A program made the translations under genes and the position numbers. A stretch of DNA of 41,371 nt from Minisyncoccota bacterium (lineage in GTDB: Bacteria; Patescibacteriota; Minisyncoccia; JAHIHE01; JAGLIN01), in the NCBI GenBank assembly GCA_023143145.1, contig JAGLID010000067.1, positions 1-41,371 of the forward strand. Reading direction: 5' to 3'. This document shows positions 9,489 through 19,458 of the stretch, piece after piece. The notes beneath the pieces were generated by a model. The model worked only from the letters and a program-made list of their open reading frames with translations. It made no database searches and had not been told where the DNA came from. The stretch's first letter is position 1. Every line of letters starts with the position of its first letter.

Positions 9489-10511
9489 ATGGAACCAGAT
9501 CTTGATTGGAAAAATTTGTCGTTTGAGTATATCAAAACTAATTGCAATATTAGATATCAATTTGCAAATGGAGCTTGGGGGGAAATGCAGAAATCAGTTT
9601 CAGATCATATTGATATGCATATGGCGGCAACTTGCTTGCATTATGGACAAGAGTGTTTTGAAGGGCTGAAAGCTTTTAGGGGTAAAGATGAGAAAGTCAG
9701 AATATTTCGTTGGCAGAAAAATGCCAAGAGAATTAATGATTCTGCCAAAGAAATATTTATGCCAGAAATACCTGAGGAGATTTTTCAAGAAGCGGTTTTG
9801 AATGCTGTGAAGTTAAACCATGAATTTGTTCCGCCTTATGAGTCGGGTGCCTCATTATATATTCGTCCTCTGTTAATCGGAACGGGTCCGAGAGTGGGAC
9901 TGAATCCAGCTGATGAATATATATTTATTGTCTTTGTAAATCCTGTTGGACCATATTTCAAAAATGGTTTCAAACCGATTAGTCTTTTGATTGACAGAGG
10001 GCATGATCGTGCCGCACCACTTGGAGTGGGTCATGTGAAAGTTGGTGGAAACTATGCGGCGAGTTTACAATCTATGGAAAAAGCACATAAGGGTGGCTGT
10101 GACTCAGTTTTGTTTTTGGATCCAGGGGAGAAAAAATATATTGATGAATGCGGTCCAGCAAACTTTTTTGCGATTAAAGGAAAGATTTATGTTACTCCGA
10201 AATCAAAATCTATCTTGCCTTCAATCACAAATAAAAGCTTGATGACACTTGCCGAAGATATGGGTTTGAAAGTGGAAAGAAGAAAAATTGAGCTCGGGGA
10301 GTTAGATGAATTCGATGAAGTTGGTGCTTGTGGTACGGCGGCTGTGATTGGGCCTGTTGGAAAAATTGTCGATGAGAAAACGGGCAAAACATATCGATAT
10401 TGCCAAGATGGAAATCCAGGGCCAATTTCGACACAATTGTACAATCGATTTCGTGCAATTCAACTTGGGGACGAGGAAGATAATTTTGAGTGGGTGACTG
10501 TGGTCGATTGA
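9489..10511 (+). CDS. ilvE: Branched-chain amino acid aminotransferase
   Basis: LHYGQECFEGLKAF, LYIRP, KVGGNY (PLP lysine), ILPSIT, CGTAAVI. Confidence 0.93.
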   Translation: MEPDLDWKNLSFEYIKTNCNIRYQFANGAWGEMQKSVSDHIDMHMAATCLHYGQECFEGLKAFRGKDEKVRIFRWQKNAKRINDSAKEIFMPEIPEEIFQEAVLNAVKLNHEFVPPYESGASLYIRPLLIGTGPRVGLNPADEYIFIVFVNPVGPYFKNGFKPISLLIDRGHDRAAPLGVGHVKVGGNYAASLQSMEKAHKGGCDSVLFLDPGEKKYIDECGPANFFAIKGKIYVTPKSKSILPSITNKSLMTLAEDMGLKVERRKIELGELDEFDEVGACGTAAVIGPVGKIVDEKTGKTYRYCQDGNPGPISTQLYNRFRAIQLGDEEDNFEWVTVVD

Positions 10512-10577
10512 TTTATGTTTGATTTGCAAGCTTTATCGTTCATAAAAAAATAACTGTAAAAATTATTTTTTCTACAG

Positions 10578-10769
10578 TTAGTTGTGTTTTATGATTTCCT
10601 TTATTCCAAATAATATAGGTAGACAATAGAATATTGTTATAACAAGGAATATTATAATATTTATTCTAGCAGATCTGTTTAACAGTGCTTTTTCTTTCTT
10701 AAAAGAAATCCCAGATATAATGATTCCAATTATTAAATAACATAGCGAACCTAGTATTAAAACATGCAT
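10578..10769 (-). CDS. Small two-TM membrane protein
   Basis: Two hydrophobic segments; SD GGAGGA on the minus strand (plus 10775-10780). Confidence 0.55.
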   Translation of the reverse strand: MHVLILGSLCYLIIGIIISGISFKKEKALLNRSARINIIIFLVITIFYCLPILFGIKEIIKHN

Positions 10770-10917
10770 ATAGTTCCTCCAATATTATATTAGATAAAAA
10801 ATAAGTATTAGTCAATTTGGTATATTTTCCAATCTTTCTGATGGATGTGCAACTGTTGTTAATTGTGATAAAATTGTATTAGGAGTGTTTGAGGAGAATA
10901 ATCATTAAGTTAAATAT

Positions 10918-11295
10918 ATGAAAAAGATAATTTTGACAAAAAATGTTCACAAGCCAGTTGGTCAATATTCACAAGCAGTTGAAGCTGGTGGTTTAATTTT
11001 TCTATCGGGTCAAATTCCACTGAAACTAGGAGGAGCCATAGTTGACGGAGATATTAAAGATCAAACAAAGCAGGTACTTGAAAATGTCGGGGAAATTTTG
11101 AAATCAGTTGGTTTAGGTTTTGAGAATGTCGTAAAAACCACAATCTACCTTTCTGATTTAATTGACTATCAAGATATGAATGAAGTTTATGGAAAATATT
11201 TTCAAAAAGATTTTCCTGCTCGGTCAACAATTCAAGTATTTGGACTTCCTAAAGACGTTGGTATTGAAATTGATGTCATTGCAGCGAGGGAATAA
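10918..11295 (+). CDS. ridA: RidA (YjgF/YER057c/UK114) reactive imine deaminase
   Basis: GQYSQAV, SGQIP, VVKTTIYL, MNEVY, PARST, IEID motifs. Confidence 0.9.
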   Translation: MKKIILTKNVHKPVGQYSQAVEAGGLIFLSGQIPLKLGGAIVDGDIKDQTKQVLENVGEILKSVGLGFENVVKTTIYLSDLIDYQDMNEVYGKYFQKDFPARSTIQVFGLPKDVGIEIDVIAARE

Positions 11296-11319
11296 GTCGA
11301 TTTTGAGGAATTTATCTGA

Positions 11320-11348
11320 TTGACTTTTTGTGTAAAATATGCTAAACT
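11320..11348 (+). promoter_or_regulatory. Sigma70-type promoter
   Basis: TTGACT, 17 nt, TAAACT with TG extension. Confidence 0.55.
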
Positions 11349-11411
11349 GTAATTAAGTTTGAAGATATTATAAGGAGTTTATTTATAAATTAAAAAGAAA
11401 GGAATAAAATT

Positions 11412-11720
11412 ATGCCAAATTATGACCAACCAGAAGAAATGTCGATATCACCAGAGACTGGGAATAATAATGAGGATATGGAATTAATATTTACAAAATT
11501 AAAGGAATTAGACGAAAAGGGAGCTTTGACGGAGGATGATGTGAAATGGTTTAATGATACTGATATTAGTAGTGAATTCTGTTCTCTTGAAAAATTGCTT
11601 TACACGGGAAAAGAAGAAGAAGAAGAAGATGATGGTTCTGAAAGGCTTAATACATCAAAACTTCTTCGTAGGAGCGTTACTGAAAAAGTTAGAGGGTGGG
11701 AAAAAGATAATTTAGAATAA
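11412..11720 (+). CDS. Small acidic hypothetical protein
   Basis: ORF with its own promoter, AAAGGA SD and a downstream hairpin. Confidence 0.6.
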   Translation: MPNYDQPEEMSISPETGNNNEDMELIFTKLKELDEKGALTEDDVKWFNDTDISSEFCSLEKLLYTGKEEEEEDDGSERLNTSKLLRRSVTEKVRGWEKDNLE

Positions 11721-11764
11721 ATGGCAAATGTTTGTTTAAAAACCTGTGAATTTTTATTATAAAA

Positions 11765-11799
11765 GCTACTGAAAAATTATTTTTTTTAGTAGTTTTTTT
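11765..11799 (+). terminator. Probable terminator
   Basis: CTACTGAAAAA / TTTTTAGTAG stem plus T run. Confidence 0.5.
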
Positions 11800-11842
11800 A
11801 TGTCTTAAAATATGATATAATAAACCAAAGTTAAGCAACATC

Positions 11843-12205
11843 ATGATAGCAGAATATTTTGTGAATTTGCCGTTGAATTTTGTGAAAGGGATTATAAATT
11901 TCCTTTATATTTGGTATGTTTCAAGTTCACGAGATTTTTGGCATAAGGAGATTGGTTTTGCGAAGGGGATTGAAAATGAAATGGGTGCTTTTATAAACTT
12001 AAAATTATTATTTCAACCAATATACGGAGACTATTCATATATAGGCAGAGTCATTGGACCTATTTTTCGGTTTGGACGAGTTTTGGTTGGTTTTTTTATG
12101 ATGCTAATTTCAATTGTAGTCGTGGTAGTTATATATTTGATATGGATAATTTTACCACCACTTACTTTTTTGATGATTTATTCAAACTTGACTTATATAT
12201 TTTAA
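11843..12205 (+). CDS. Membrane protein encoded upstream of the Clp ATPase
   Basis: Long hydrophobic C-terminus; LFQPIYGDYSYIGRVIG segment; 9 nt from the next gene. Confidence 0.75.
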   Translation: MIAEYFVNLPLNFVKGIINFLYIWYVSSSRDFWHKEIGFAKGIENEMGAFINLKLLFQPIYGDYSYIGRVIGPIFRFGRVLVGFFMMLISIVVVVVIYLIWIILPPLTFLMIYSNLTYIF

Positions 12206-12214
12206 ATTTTTTCA

Positions 12215-15058
12215 ATGCCTCCTAAAGAAAAAAAGAAAAAAGAAAAAAAACTTAGAACAGAAATTGTTCAGTGTCCTGCTTGCAGTGGGAATAAAGTTAT
12301 TGAAAAGGGCGTTGACTGTCAGTCCTGTCAGGGAAGGGGAGTTTTTTTGCGAGTTGGAACTGATATGGTGTACTATTGGGATAAGAAGGTTCTAGGAATT
12401 TCTCCTTCTGTGCACTCCATTTTCAAAATGTTTTCTAAGGGCATTCGTTTGCTCATTTATTTTTTAGTTCTTGTGACTTCTTTGTACGGTATTTATTTTA
12501 TTGTTGTTAGTAATCCTAAATTTGTTATTAATTTCGAAAAAGGATTAAGATTAATAACAGGATCTGACAGTGAATACGTAGTACAATTATTTCTTGCAAT
12601 ATCTTTGTTTTTTCAACATTTCGTAAAGGCTTTTTTTGTCATATTTGAGGAGAGAGGTTTTGGACCATTGGTGTTCTGGATTGGAGTTTTAGGGTCAATG
12701 TATTGCTATTATTATCTAAAAATCAAAGATGCATCTCGAAAAGTAATAGATTTTTCATCTTCTGATTTCGAAGTGTTTACTAGTAAATATGCAGATAAAA
12801 TAAAAGGTAATGTTGATATTAGTAACTATATCTCTGCCTCTGCTATGGAAATTTTGAAAGAAGCTCTTTGCTTAGCTCACAGTCTTAAGCAAGTTCCATC
12901 TATTTTTCATTTAGCAAAAATAGTTTCACAGAATTCACAAATAGAAGTATTGTTTAAAAGATTGGAAATTGATTCAAAGGAATTTTCAAGATATATTAAC
13001 ATTTTAATTAAAGATGTACCAAAAAATGATTATTATAACCAAGAAGGAATTTTCAATAGTACTGTTATGAGTCCTCAGCTTGAAAAAGTAATTCTTGTGG
13101 CTTTTTATGAAACTGTAATTATGGGGATGGAGAAAATCCATACGGAAAGTTTTTTTCTGACATTTTTTGGCGACGACAGTTTGAGCAAATATTTTAAAGA
13201 TTTGAATATAGAAGTTGAAGATGCTAGAAAAACTGTTCTTTGGGTTAATAGTTGGGCGAATACAAGAGTGAGGCTTGACCGTCCGCGAAAAATTAGCCAT
13301 TCAGTGATGAATAAGGCTTGGACAGCAAGAGTTACGCCAGAGCTTGATAGTTTTACGTATGATCTTACAGATCAGGCAAGATCTGGTATGATGGGCAATA
13401 TAGTGGATAGAGAAAAAGAACTTGACAACTTGATGAGAATTCTTGAAAGAACAAGTAAAAACAATGCCCTGTTAATTGGGGAAGAAGGTAGTGGAAGATC
13501 AACTATAGTGAAAAAGCTGGCAAATAGAATGGTGAAAGACCAAGTTTTGCCAACATTACGAGACAAGCGTTTGGTTGTTTTGGATGTGGGCTCTTTGGTT
13601 TCTGGAGCGGGCGTCGGAGGCAATTTTGAAGGGAGAATCAGGGCAATGATTGACGATATGGGAAAGAGTGGTAATATAATATTGTTCATTCCAAATATAC
13701 ATGACATTTCTGCGGCTGGAAGTGGGGGAGGTTTTGATGCTTCAAAGGTTTTGTCTCCAATTTTTTCTCAAGGAATTTTTCAGGTAATTGGTTCAACTGA
13801 TTATCGGAATTATCATCGATATATTGAACCTCGAGCTGATTTTGCAAATAGTTTTGATTTTGTAAAAGTGGAGGAAATGGACGAAAATCAAGCAATTGAA
13901 GTTTTGGCAGTGCGGGCAAAAATTATTGAAGCTAGGGAAGGAATTGTTATGACTTATGGGGCAATTAAATCAGCAGTTGAACTCTCTAAGAGATATATAA
14001 CTAACAGAATTTTACCAGGAAAGGCAATCGATCTTCTGAGTGAAACAGCTGTAGAAGTGCGAAGAAGAGGATCAGGTTCTGTTCTGCGAGATCAAGATAT
14101 TATGGAAGTTATTACTGAAAAAACTGGAATACCACTAACAAATATAAATTCTAATGAAGCGGAAAAACTCATGGATTTGGAGGAAAATTTGCATCAAAGA
14201 GTTATTGGTCAAAAAGATGCCGTAAAGGCAATTGCATCATCAATCCGGAGGGTTCGAGTTGGTATGAAAAACGAAAATCGTCCCATAGGAACATTTTTAT
14301 TTTTGGGTCCTACAGGAGTCGGTAAGACGGAGCTTGCTAAGGCATTAGCAGAAGCATATTTTGGCGATGAGGATGCAATGATAAGAGTTGACATGAGCGA
14401 ATATCAAACACTTGACAGTGTCGAAAAACTGATTGGATCATCAAGTGACTTGTCAGATTCTTCTATGGGTGGGGTTTTGACTGAGGCCGTGAAAAGAAAA
14501 CCTTTTTCTTTGGTTCTTTTGGATGAATTAGAAAAAGCAGATAAGAATGTGTTTAATATCTTTTTGCAAGTTTTTGATGATGGAAGATTGACTGATAATC
14601 TCGGTAGAACTGTTGATTTCACAAATACAATTATCATTGCAACTTCAAATGCAGGTTCAAAAGTTATTAGCAAGATTGTTGTTGATGAAGATAATAGTAA
14701 TGAAAGAATACTCCAGATGCTTGAACCATATCTTTTGCAAAGCTTTGCCCCTGAATTTTTAAATCGTTTCACAGCTCGAATTGTTTTTAGGTCATTGAGT
14801 CAAAAGGATGTGATGGCAATTACCAAGCTTCAAATTAAGAATTTAGCAAAAAGAATGGACAAGGCTCAGGGAATTAAGATTAAAATCTCTGGTGGAGCAT
14901 TGAAAATTATAGCGGAGCTTGGATATAGTGCTGAATATGGAGCAAGATTTTTGCAAAGAACAATTCAAGAAAAAGTAGAAAATTTGATTGCTACAAAATT
15001 TTTGAAAGGGGAGATAAAAAGGGGAGATGTCTTTGAGATTAAAAAAGAAGACTTATAG
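12215..15058 (+). CDS. Membrane-anchored ClpA/C-like double AAA+ ATPase with N-terminal CxxC zinc finger
   Basis: Clp N-domain repeats, AAA-1 (GEEGSGRST), AAA-2 (GPTGVGKTE, LLDELEKA, PEFLNR, YGAR); N-terminal CPAC/CQSC and 2-3 TM segments. Confidence 0.88.
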   Translation: MPPKEKKKKEKKLRTEIVQCPACSGNKVIEKGVDCQSCQGRGVFLRVGTDMVYYWDKKVLGISPSVHSIFKMFSKGIRLLIYFLVLVTSLYGIYFIVVSNPKFVINFEKGLRLITGSDSEYVVQLFLAISLFFQHFVKAFFVIFEERGFGPLVFWIGVLGSMYCYYYLKIKDASRKVIDFSSSDFEVFTSKYADKIKGNVDISNYISASAMEILKEALCLAHSLKQVPSIFHLAKIVSQNSQIEVLFKRLEIDSKEFSRYINILIKDVPKNDYYNQEGIFNSTVMSPQLEKVILVAFYETVIMGMEKIHTESFFLTFFGDDSLSKYFKDLNIEVEDARKTVLWVNSWANTRVRLDRPRKISHSVMNKAWTARVTPELDSFTYDLTDQARSGMMGNIVDREKELDNLMRILERTSKNNALLIGEEGSGRSTIVKKLANRMVKDQVLPTLRDKRLVVLDVGSLVSGAGVGGNFEGRIRAMIDDMGKSGNIILFIPNIHDISAAGSGGGFDASKVLSPIFSQGIFQVIGSTDYRNYHRYIEPRADFANSFDFVKVEEMDENQAIEVLAVRAKIIEAREGIVMTYGAIKSAVELSKRYITNRILPGKAIDLLSETAVEVRRRGSGSVLRDQDIMEVITEKTGIPLTNINSNEAEKLMDLEENLHQRVIGQKDAVKAIASSIRRVRVGMKNENRPIGTFLFLGPTGVGKTELAKALAEAYFGDEDAMIRVDMSEYQTLDSVEKLIGSSSDLSDSSMGGVLTEAVKRKPFSLVLLDELEKADKNVFNIFLQVFDDGRLTDNLGRTVDFTNTIIIATSNAGSKVISKIVVDEDNSNERILQMLEPYLLQSFAPEFLNRFTARIVFRSLSQKDVMAITKLQIKNLAKRMDKAQGIKIKISGGALKIIAELGYSAEYGARFLQRTIQEKVENLIATKFLKGEIKRGDVFEIKKEDL

Positions 15059-15086
15059 ATTAAATTAAACCTGTTAAGTGAAATAT

Positions 15087-15230
15087 ATGAGATTAAAAAA
15101 AGAAGGTGAGGGAGTATTTGAAATATTTTTAAATATTTTTATGCCAATTTGGCTACCAATTCGTGCTATTCAAATGATGTTAAAGGAGATTAAAGATGAG
15201 AAAAGAAAGAGAGAAGAGATGGAGAAATAA
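15087..15230 (+). CDS. Putative 47-aa small protein (not in ORF track)
   Basis: MRLKKEGEGVFEIFLNIFMPIWLPIRAIQMMLKEIKDEKRKREEMEK; hydrophobic core plus charged tail, 28 nt after the Clp gene. Confidence 0.4.
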   Translation: MRLKKEGEGVFEIFLNIFMPIWLPIRAIQMMLKEIKDEKRKREEMEK

Positions 15231-15451
15231 AATTTTAGTAGTATTAATGTTTCTGATTAAAACTATGAGCAAAGTGTTGATTTATAAAAAATAACTTTTT
15301 TTAAAAAAGAATACTGTTAATAATGTTTTGAGAAATGAAAGATTATAAGTAATTTATATTTCCTAAATGAAATTATTAAAATATATTGTAATGTCTTGAA
15401 TAATTCTGAATTAATTTCAGAATGGCAATTTTATCAATTAACAAAAAAACT

Positions 15452-16090
15452 ATGGGAAGAAAGCAAAAGCTTAAACTTCAACGAAGAATTGAAGAAAAAA
15501 ATGAATTTGTAACGAAGAAGGAAAATAATAAAAAATTAATAATAAGTGTTGTTTTTTTAGTTTTATTTGTTTTAGTCATTTGGCAAATCGGTATTGCTGT
15601 AAAAAAAGATCAGAACATAGAGCAGCTTAATAGTTCTATTGAAAATAAAATTGCGGTGATTGAAACTAATAAAGGCAATATAAAAATAGAATTGTTTACA
15701 AACGATGCACCAAAAACTGTGGAAAATTTTGTAAAACTGGCAAGCGAAAATTTTTATGATGGAATTAAATTTCATCGGGTGATTTCAGATTTTATGATTC
15801 AAACAGGAGATCCACTGAGCAAGGATGACAATCCAGCAAATGACGGAACTGGTGGTCCTGGATATTCTTTTGAAGACGAAATAAACTCTCACAAAGTTGA
15901 AGTTGGATCTTTGGCGATGGCAAATTCAGGTCCAGACACGAATGGAAGTCAGTTTTTTATTGTTACGGAAAAAGCCCAACCACATCTTGATGGAAAACAT
16001 ACTGTTTTTGGAAAAATACTTGAAGGCATGGATGTTGTAACAAGTATTGAACAGGGAGATGTGATGAATAAGGTTTATTTTGTAAAGTAA
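15452..16090 (+). CDS. Cyclophilin-type peptidyl-prolyl isomerase with N-terminal TM anchor
   Basis: [45 protein letters not shown]; start may be 15422 or 15452. Confidence 0.92.
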   Translation: MGRKQKLKLQRRIEEKNEFVTKKENNKKLIISVVFLVLFVLVIWQIGIAVKKDQNIEQLNSSIENKIAVIETNKGNIKIELFTNDAPKTVENFVKLASENFYDGIKFHRVISDFMIQTGDPLSKDDNPANDGTGGPGYSFEDEINSHKVEVGSLAMANSGPDTNGSQFFIVTEKAQPHLDGKHTVFGKILEGMDVVTSIEQGDVMNKVYFVK

Positions 16091-16131
16091 ATGAATTATT
16101 TTGTTCCTGTTTGATAAATTATTGCTAAATT

Positions 16132-16163
16132 GTCATTCATCCATAATTTTAGAATGACTTTTT
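16132..16163 (+). terminator. Possible terminator hairpin
   Basis: GTCATTC...GAATGAC followed by TTTTT. Confidence 0.4.
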
Positions 16164-16205
16164 GAAGCAACGGATTTAAATATTAAAAAATAATAAATTA
16201 AAAAA

Positions 16206-16742
16206 ATGATAGATTTCGCGTTGATATTTTTAAGTAGTTTTCTTTTAGTTGGTGTGGTAATATTTATTCACGGTTTTCCCGCAATGATTGCCGTGGGACC
16301 AATTCCGACATCGAAAAAGGGAATAGATCGTGCCGTGGCTCTTGCTGACATTCAGTCTGGTGAAAAATTCTATGAGCTTGGTTGCTCTGAAGGTCGCGTT
16401 TTAGTTAGAACTGTCGAAAAATATGATTGTTTTGGAGTTGGATATGAACTTGTTTTCCCTTATTTTCTTTTGGCAAAATTACGAGCCAAGTTATCAAAAA
16501 AATCAAAGAATATTGATGTAAGGTGTCAAAATTTTTTTAAGGCAGATTTCAGTGAGGCAGATGTTATTTTTTGTTTTTTAACTCCTGGGTTAATGCAAAA
16601 GTTAGGAAAATATTTTCAAGAGCAGAAATTAAAGAAGGACGTTAGAATAATTTCTTACGCATTTAAAATTAGGAACCTAGAACCTGAGAAAGTAATCAAA
16701 CACAGTAAAGGAAATTGGAATATTTATTTGTATCGTTTATAA
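16206..16742 (+). CDS. Small membrane-anchored class I SAM methyltransferase
   Basis: N-terminal TM, PIPT, FYELGCSEGR, GYEL, ADVIFCFL, IISYAF. Confidence 0.8.
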   Translation: MIDFALIFLSSFLLVGVVIFIHGFPAMIAVGPIPTSKKGIDRAVALADIQSGEKFYELGCSEGRVLVRTVEKYDCFGVGYELVFPYFLLAKLRAKLSKKSKNIDVRCQNFFKADFSEADVIFCFLTPGLMQKLGKYFQEQKLKKDVRIISYAFKIRNLEPEKVIKHSKGNWNIYLYRL

Positions 16743-16759
16743 ATTCAGTTTAATAAAGT

Positions 16760-17902
16760 ATGCTAAACAAGAATTATATATTTGCAGTATCTTCAATGGT
16801 TGGTACTTCGGTTGGTGTTGGAATTTTTTCGTTGCCATATGTTGCTTCAAAATCGGGATTCTTACCATTTGTAATTCTTATTGTTATATTGGGAGTTATC
16901 ACAACGATTTTAGGTCTAATGTATGGAGAAATAACTTTGAGGACAACAAACAAAGGAAGGCTTGTTGGTTATTGCGAAAAATATCTTGGTAAAAAAGGAA
17001 AGATAATTGCAACGATTGTTGTTCTTTTTACTTTATATTCAAGCCTGCTTGTTTATATTATCATCGGGGGCATTTTTGGTAGTGCTGTATTTTCTAGTTC
17101 TTTAGGAGGAAACGAATTAACATATAGTCTGATAATGTTTGCCGTGATTTCAGTGGGTATCTATATAAGTCTAAAAGTTGTTAGCGTGATTGAATTTTTG
17201 ATGGTTATTTTTCTTTTTATCACAATTCTGGGAATTGTCCTCAAGGGAATACCAATCGTTGATGTTGGCAATCTTGTCACTCATAATTCTTCTCAGTTCT
17301 TCTTTCCGTTTGGAGCAATTCTTTTTTCTTTGGGAGCTTTGTCTGCAATTCCAGTACTTGAGCACATAATGAAGAAAAAACAAAAGAAAATTAAGGATGT
17401 TATAATCATTGGTAATATTATTCCAATTATTATTTACATTCTATTTGTAGTCGTGGTTCTCGGTATAACGGGAGCTGAGACCTCAGTAGAGGCTCTTTAT
17501 GGTCTTAATGTTAGTATTGGGAATGGAATCGTGACTCTTGGTTTGATTTTTGGAATATTTGCTATCTCAACTTCATTTCTAATGTTAGGTATTAATTTAA
17601 AAGAAATGTTTTGGTATGATTATCATCTTAGTGAAAAAAAAGCCTGGGCTCTAACTTGTTTCGTGCCATTGATTGTTTTTGTTTTAGGTCTTCGTGATTT
17701 CATAACAGTTGTAAATATCGCTGGTGGTATCGCTGGTGGATTTATCGGAATCCTAATCATTATTATATTCTATAGGGCAAAAAAGATGGGAGATATTAAA
17801 CCAGCATATAGCATAAAAGTTCCAGTTGTGATTTCACTTGTTATGGTTGTGATATATTCTATCGGAATTGCTTATCAGTTGATTGAAAATTTTAAGATTT
17901 AA
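16760..17902 (+). CDS. Aromatic/hydroxy amino acid permease family transporter
   Basis: GTSVGVGIFSLP N-terminal motif, about 11 TM helices, AISTSF. Confidence 0.85.
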   Translation: MLNKNYIFAVSSMVGTSVGVGIFSLPYVASKSGFLPFVILIVILGVITTILGLMYGEITLRTTNKGRLVGYCEKYLGKKGKIIATIVVLFTLYSSLLVYIIIGGIFGSAVFSSSLGGNELTYSLIMFAVISVGIYISLKVVSVIEFLMVIFLFITILGIVLKGIPIVDVGNLVTHNSSQFFFPFGAILFSLGALSAIPVLEHIMKKKQKKIKDVIIIGNIIPIIIYILFVVVVLGITGAETSVEALYGLNVSIGNGIVTLGLIFGIFAISTSFLMLGINLKEMFWYDYHLSEKKAWALTCFVPLIVFVLGLRDFITVVNIAGGIAGGFIGILIIIIFYRAKKMGDIKPAYSIKVPVVISLVMVVIYSIGIAYQLIENFKI

Positions 17903-17909
17903 TAAATAT

Positions 17910-18296
17910 ATGCATAATAAAAATATCAAAAATGTAATTGGATTATGGTTAGCAGTTTTTTTATGGTGTGCCTTTATTTATTTCCTATCCTCAATCCCAA
18001 GTCTGAAATCTGATTTTTCAAGTGAAATTGATTTTGTTTTGCGAAAAATTGCCCATATGAGCGAATATGGGATTTTGACTTTTTTATTCTTCCGAGCCTA
18101 TTCAGGTAGTAAAAATAATCTTTCTAAAAGAAAATCTATTTCTTTGGCGATAATGTTTGCTTTCACTTATGCCCTCACTGATGAATATCATCAGTTGTTT
18201 GTCTCTGGAAGAGAAGGAAGCTTGAGAGATGTGTTTGTTGATAGTCTAGGAATATTTTTCGTGGCATTTTTAATTTACAAAAAAGCGAAAAAATGA
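17910..18296 (+). CDS. VanZ-family membrane protein
   Basis: RKIAHMSEYGIL, YALTDEYHQLFVSGREGSLRDV. Confidence 0.88.
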   Translation: MHNKNIKNVIGLWLAVFLWCAFIYFLSSIPSLKSDFSSEIDFVLRKIAHMSEYGILTFLFFRAYSGSKNNLSKRKSISLAIMFAFTYALTDEYHQLFVSGREGSLRDVFVDSLGIFFVAFLIYKKAKK

Positions 18297-18331
18297 TAGC
18301 ATAAAGTCATAGTATAAGTATTAAAAAATAA

Positions 18332-19402
18332 ATGATAAACTATATGGAAAACCCTTTGATTGTTATAGAAGTAATCAGAGTATTTGCAATTTTGGCAATT
18401 ACTTTTTCAGTAGCGATGATTTTAACGCCAGTACTTACTCATTTTCTTTATAAATATAAAATTGGAAAACAGATTCGAGCGGATGGTGATACACCGATTT
18501 TCACCGCACTTCATAAGAAAAAATCTGGCACGCCAACAATGGGAGGTCTTCTGATTTGGATTGTTGTTCCTCTTCTTGCAATTTTATTTTGGCTTTTGTC
18601 AATAATTTTCGAAGGATCTCCGTTTGAGTATATAAATTTTCTTGATCGATCTCACACTTATCTGCCTTTGGGAATTTTAGTTCTTGCTGGCATGGTGGGA
18701 GCGGTAGATGATATTATGGGAGTATTTCGTATTGGTCCAAAAGGAGGAGGACTTGGCATCAAAGAAAGAATTTTACTTTATACTTTCGTAGCCGTAATCG
18801 GAGCTTATTGGTTTTATTTTAAGCTCGGCTGGGACATGATTCACATTCCTGGTGTTGGTGATTTTCCAATTGGCTTGTGGTATGTTCCTCTCTTTATTTT
18901 CATTATTGTAGTAACTTCATTTTCTCTTAATGAAACTGATGGTCTTGATGGTCTTGCTGGTGGAACAGTTTTACCTGCTTTTGGAGTTTTTGGAACAATA
19001 GCTTTTGCACAAGGAAATACAGAACTTGCCATGTTTTGTGCTGCTATAATTGGAGCTTTACTTGCATTTCTGTGGTTTAATGTTCATCCAGCAAGGTTTT
19101 ATATGGGGGACACTGGCTCAATGGCTTTGGGTGTGACATTGGGGGTTGTGGCAATGCTGACAAATTCGTTTTTGATTTTGCCAATTGTTTGTTTTATTCT
19201 TGTTATTGAATCAATGTCGGTTATCATTCAATTGACATCAAAAAAATTTAGAGGAAAAAAAGTTTTCCGGAGTGCACCAATCCATCATCATTTCGAAGCT
19301 ATTGGCTGGCCGGAATGTAAAATTACAATGAGGTTTTGGATTATTGCATGGGTAATGTCTACAATTGGATTGGTAATTGGATTACTTGGCATGGGTAACT
19401 AA
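18332..19402 (+). CDS. mraY: Phospho-N-acetylmuramoyl-pentapeptide transferase
   Basis: KSGTPTMGG, VDD, NETDGLDGL, YMGDTGS, APIHHHFE. Confidence 0.95.
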   Translation: MINYMENPLIVIEVIRVFAILAITFSVAMILTPVLTHFLYKYKIGKQIRADGDTPIFTALHKKKSGTPTMGGLLIWIVVPLLAILFWLLSIIFEGSPFEYINFLDRSHTYLPLGILVLAGMVGAVDDIMGVFRIGPKGGGLGIKERILLYTFVAVIGAYWFYFKLGWDMIHIPGVGDFPIGLWYVPLFIFIIVVTSFSLNETDGLDGLAGGTVLPAFGVFGTIAFAQGNTELAMFCAAIIGALLAFLWFNVHPARFYMGDTGSMALGVTLGVVAMLTNSFLILPIVCFILVIESMSVIIQLTSKKFRGKKVFRSAPIHHHFEAIGWPECKITMRFWIIAWVMSTIGLVIGLLGMGN

Positions 19403-19458
19403 TTAATATTGAATATATAATTTTGAATCTGAAATAAATAATTTATAATTCAAAAATT

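Noticed and set aside
11610..11635. GAA triplet run
   Set aside because: It simply encodes a poly-Glu stretch in an acidic protein
12215..15058. Assigning clpB or clpC
   Set aside because: No M-domain, degenerate AAA-1, TM anchor; orthology cannot be claimed
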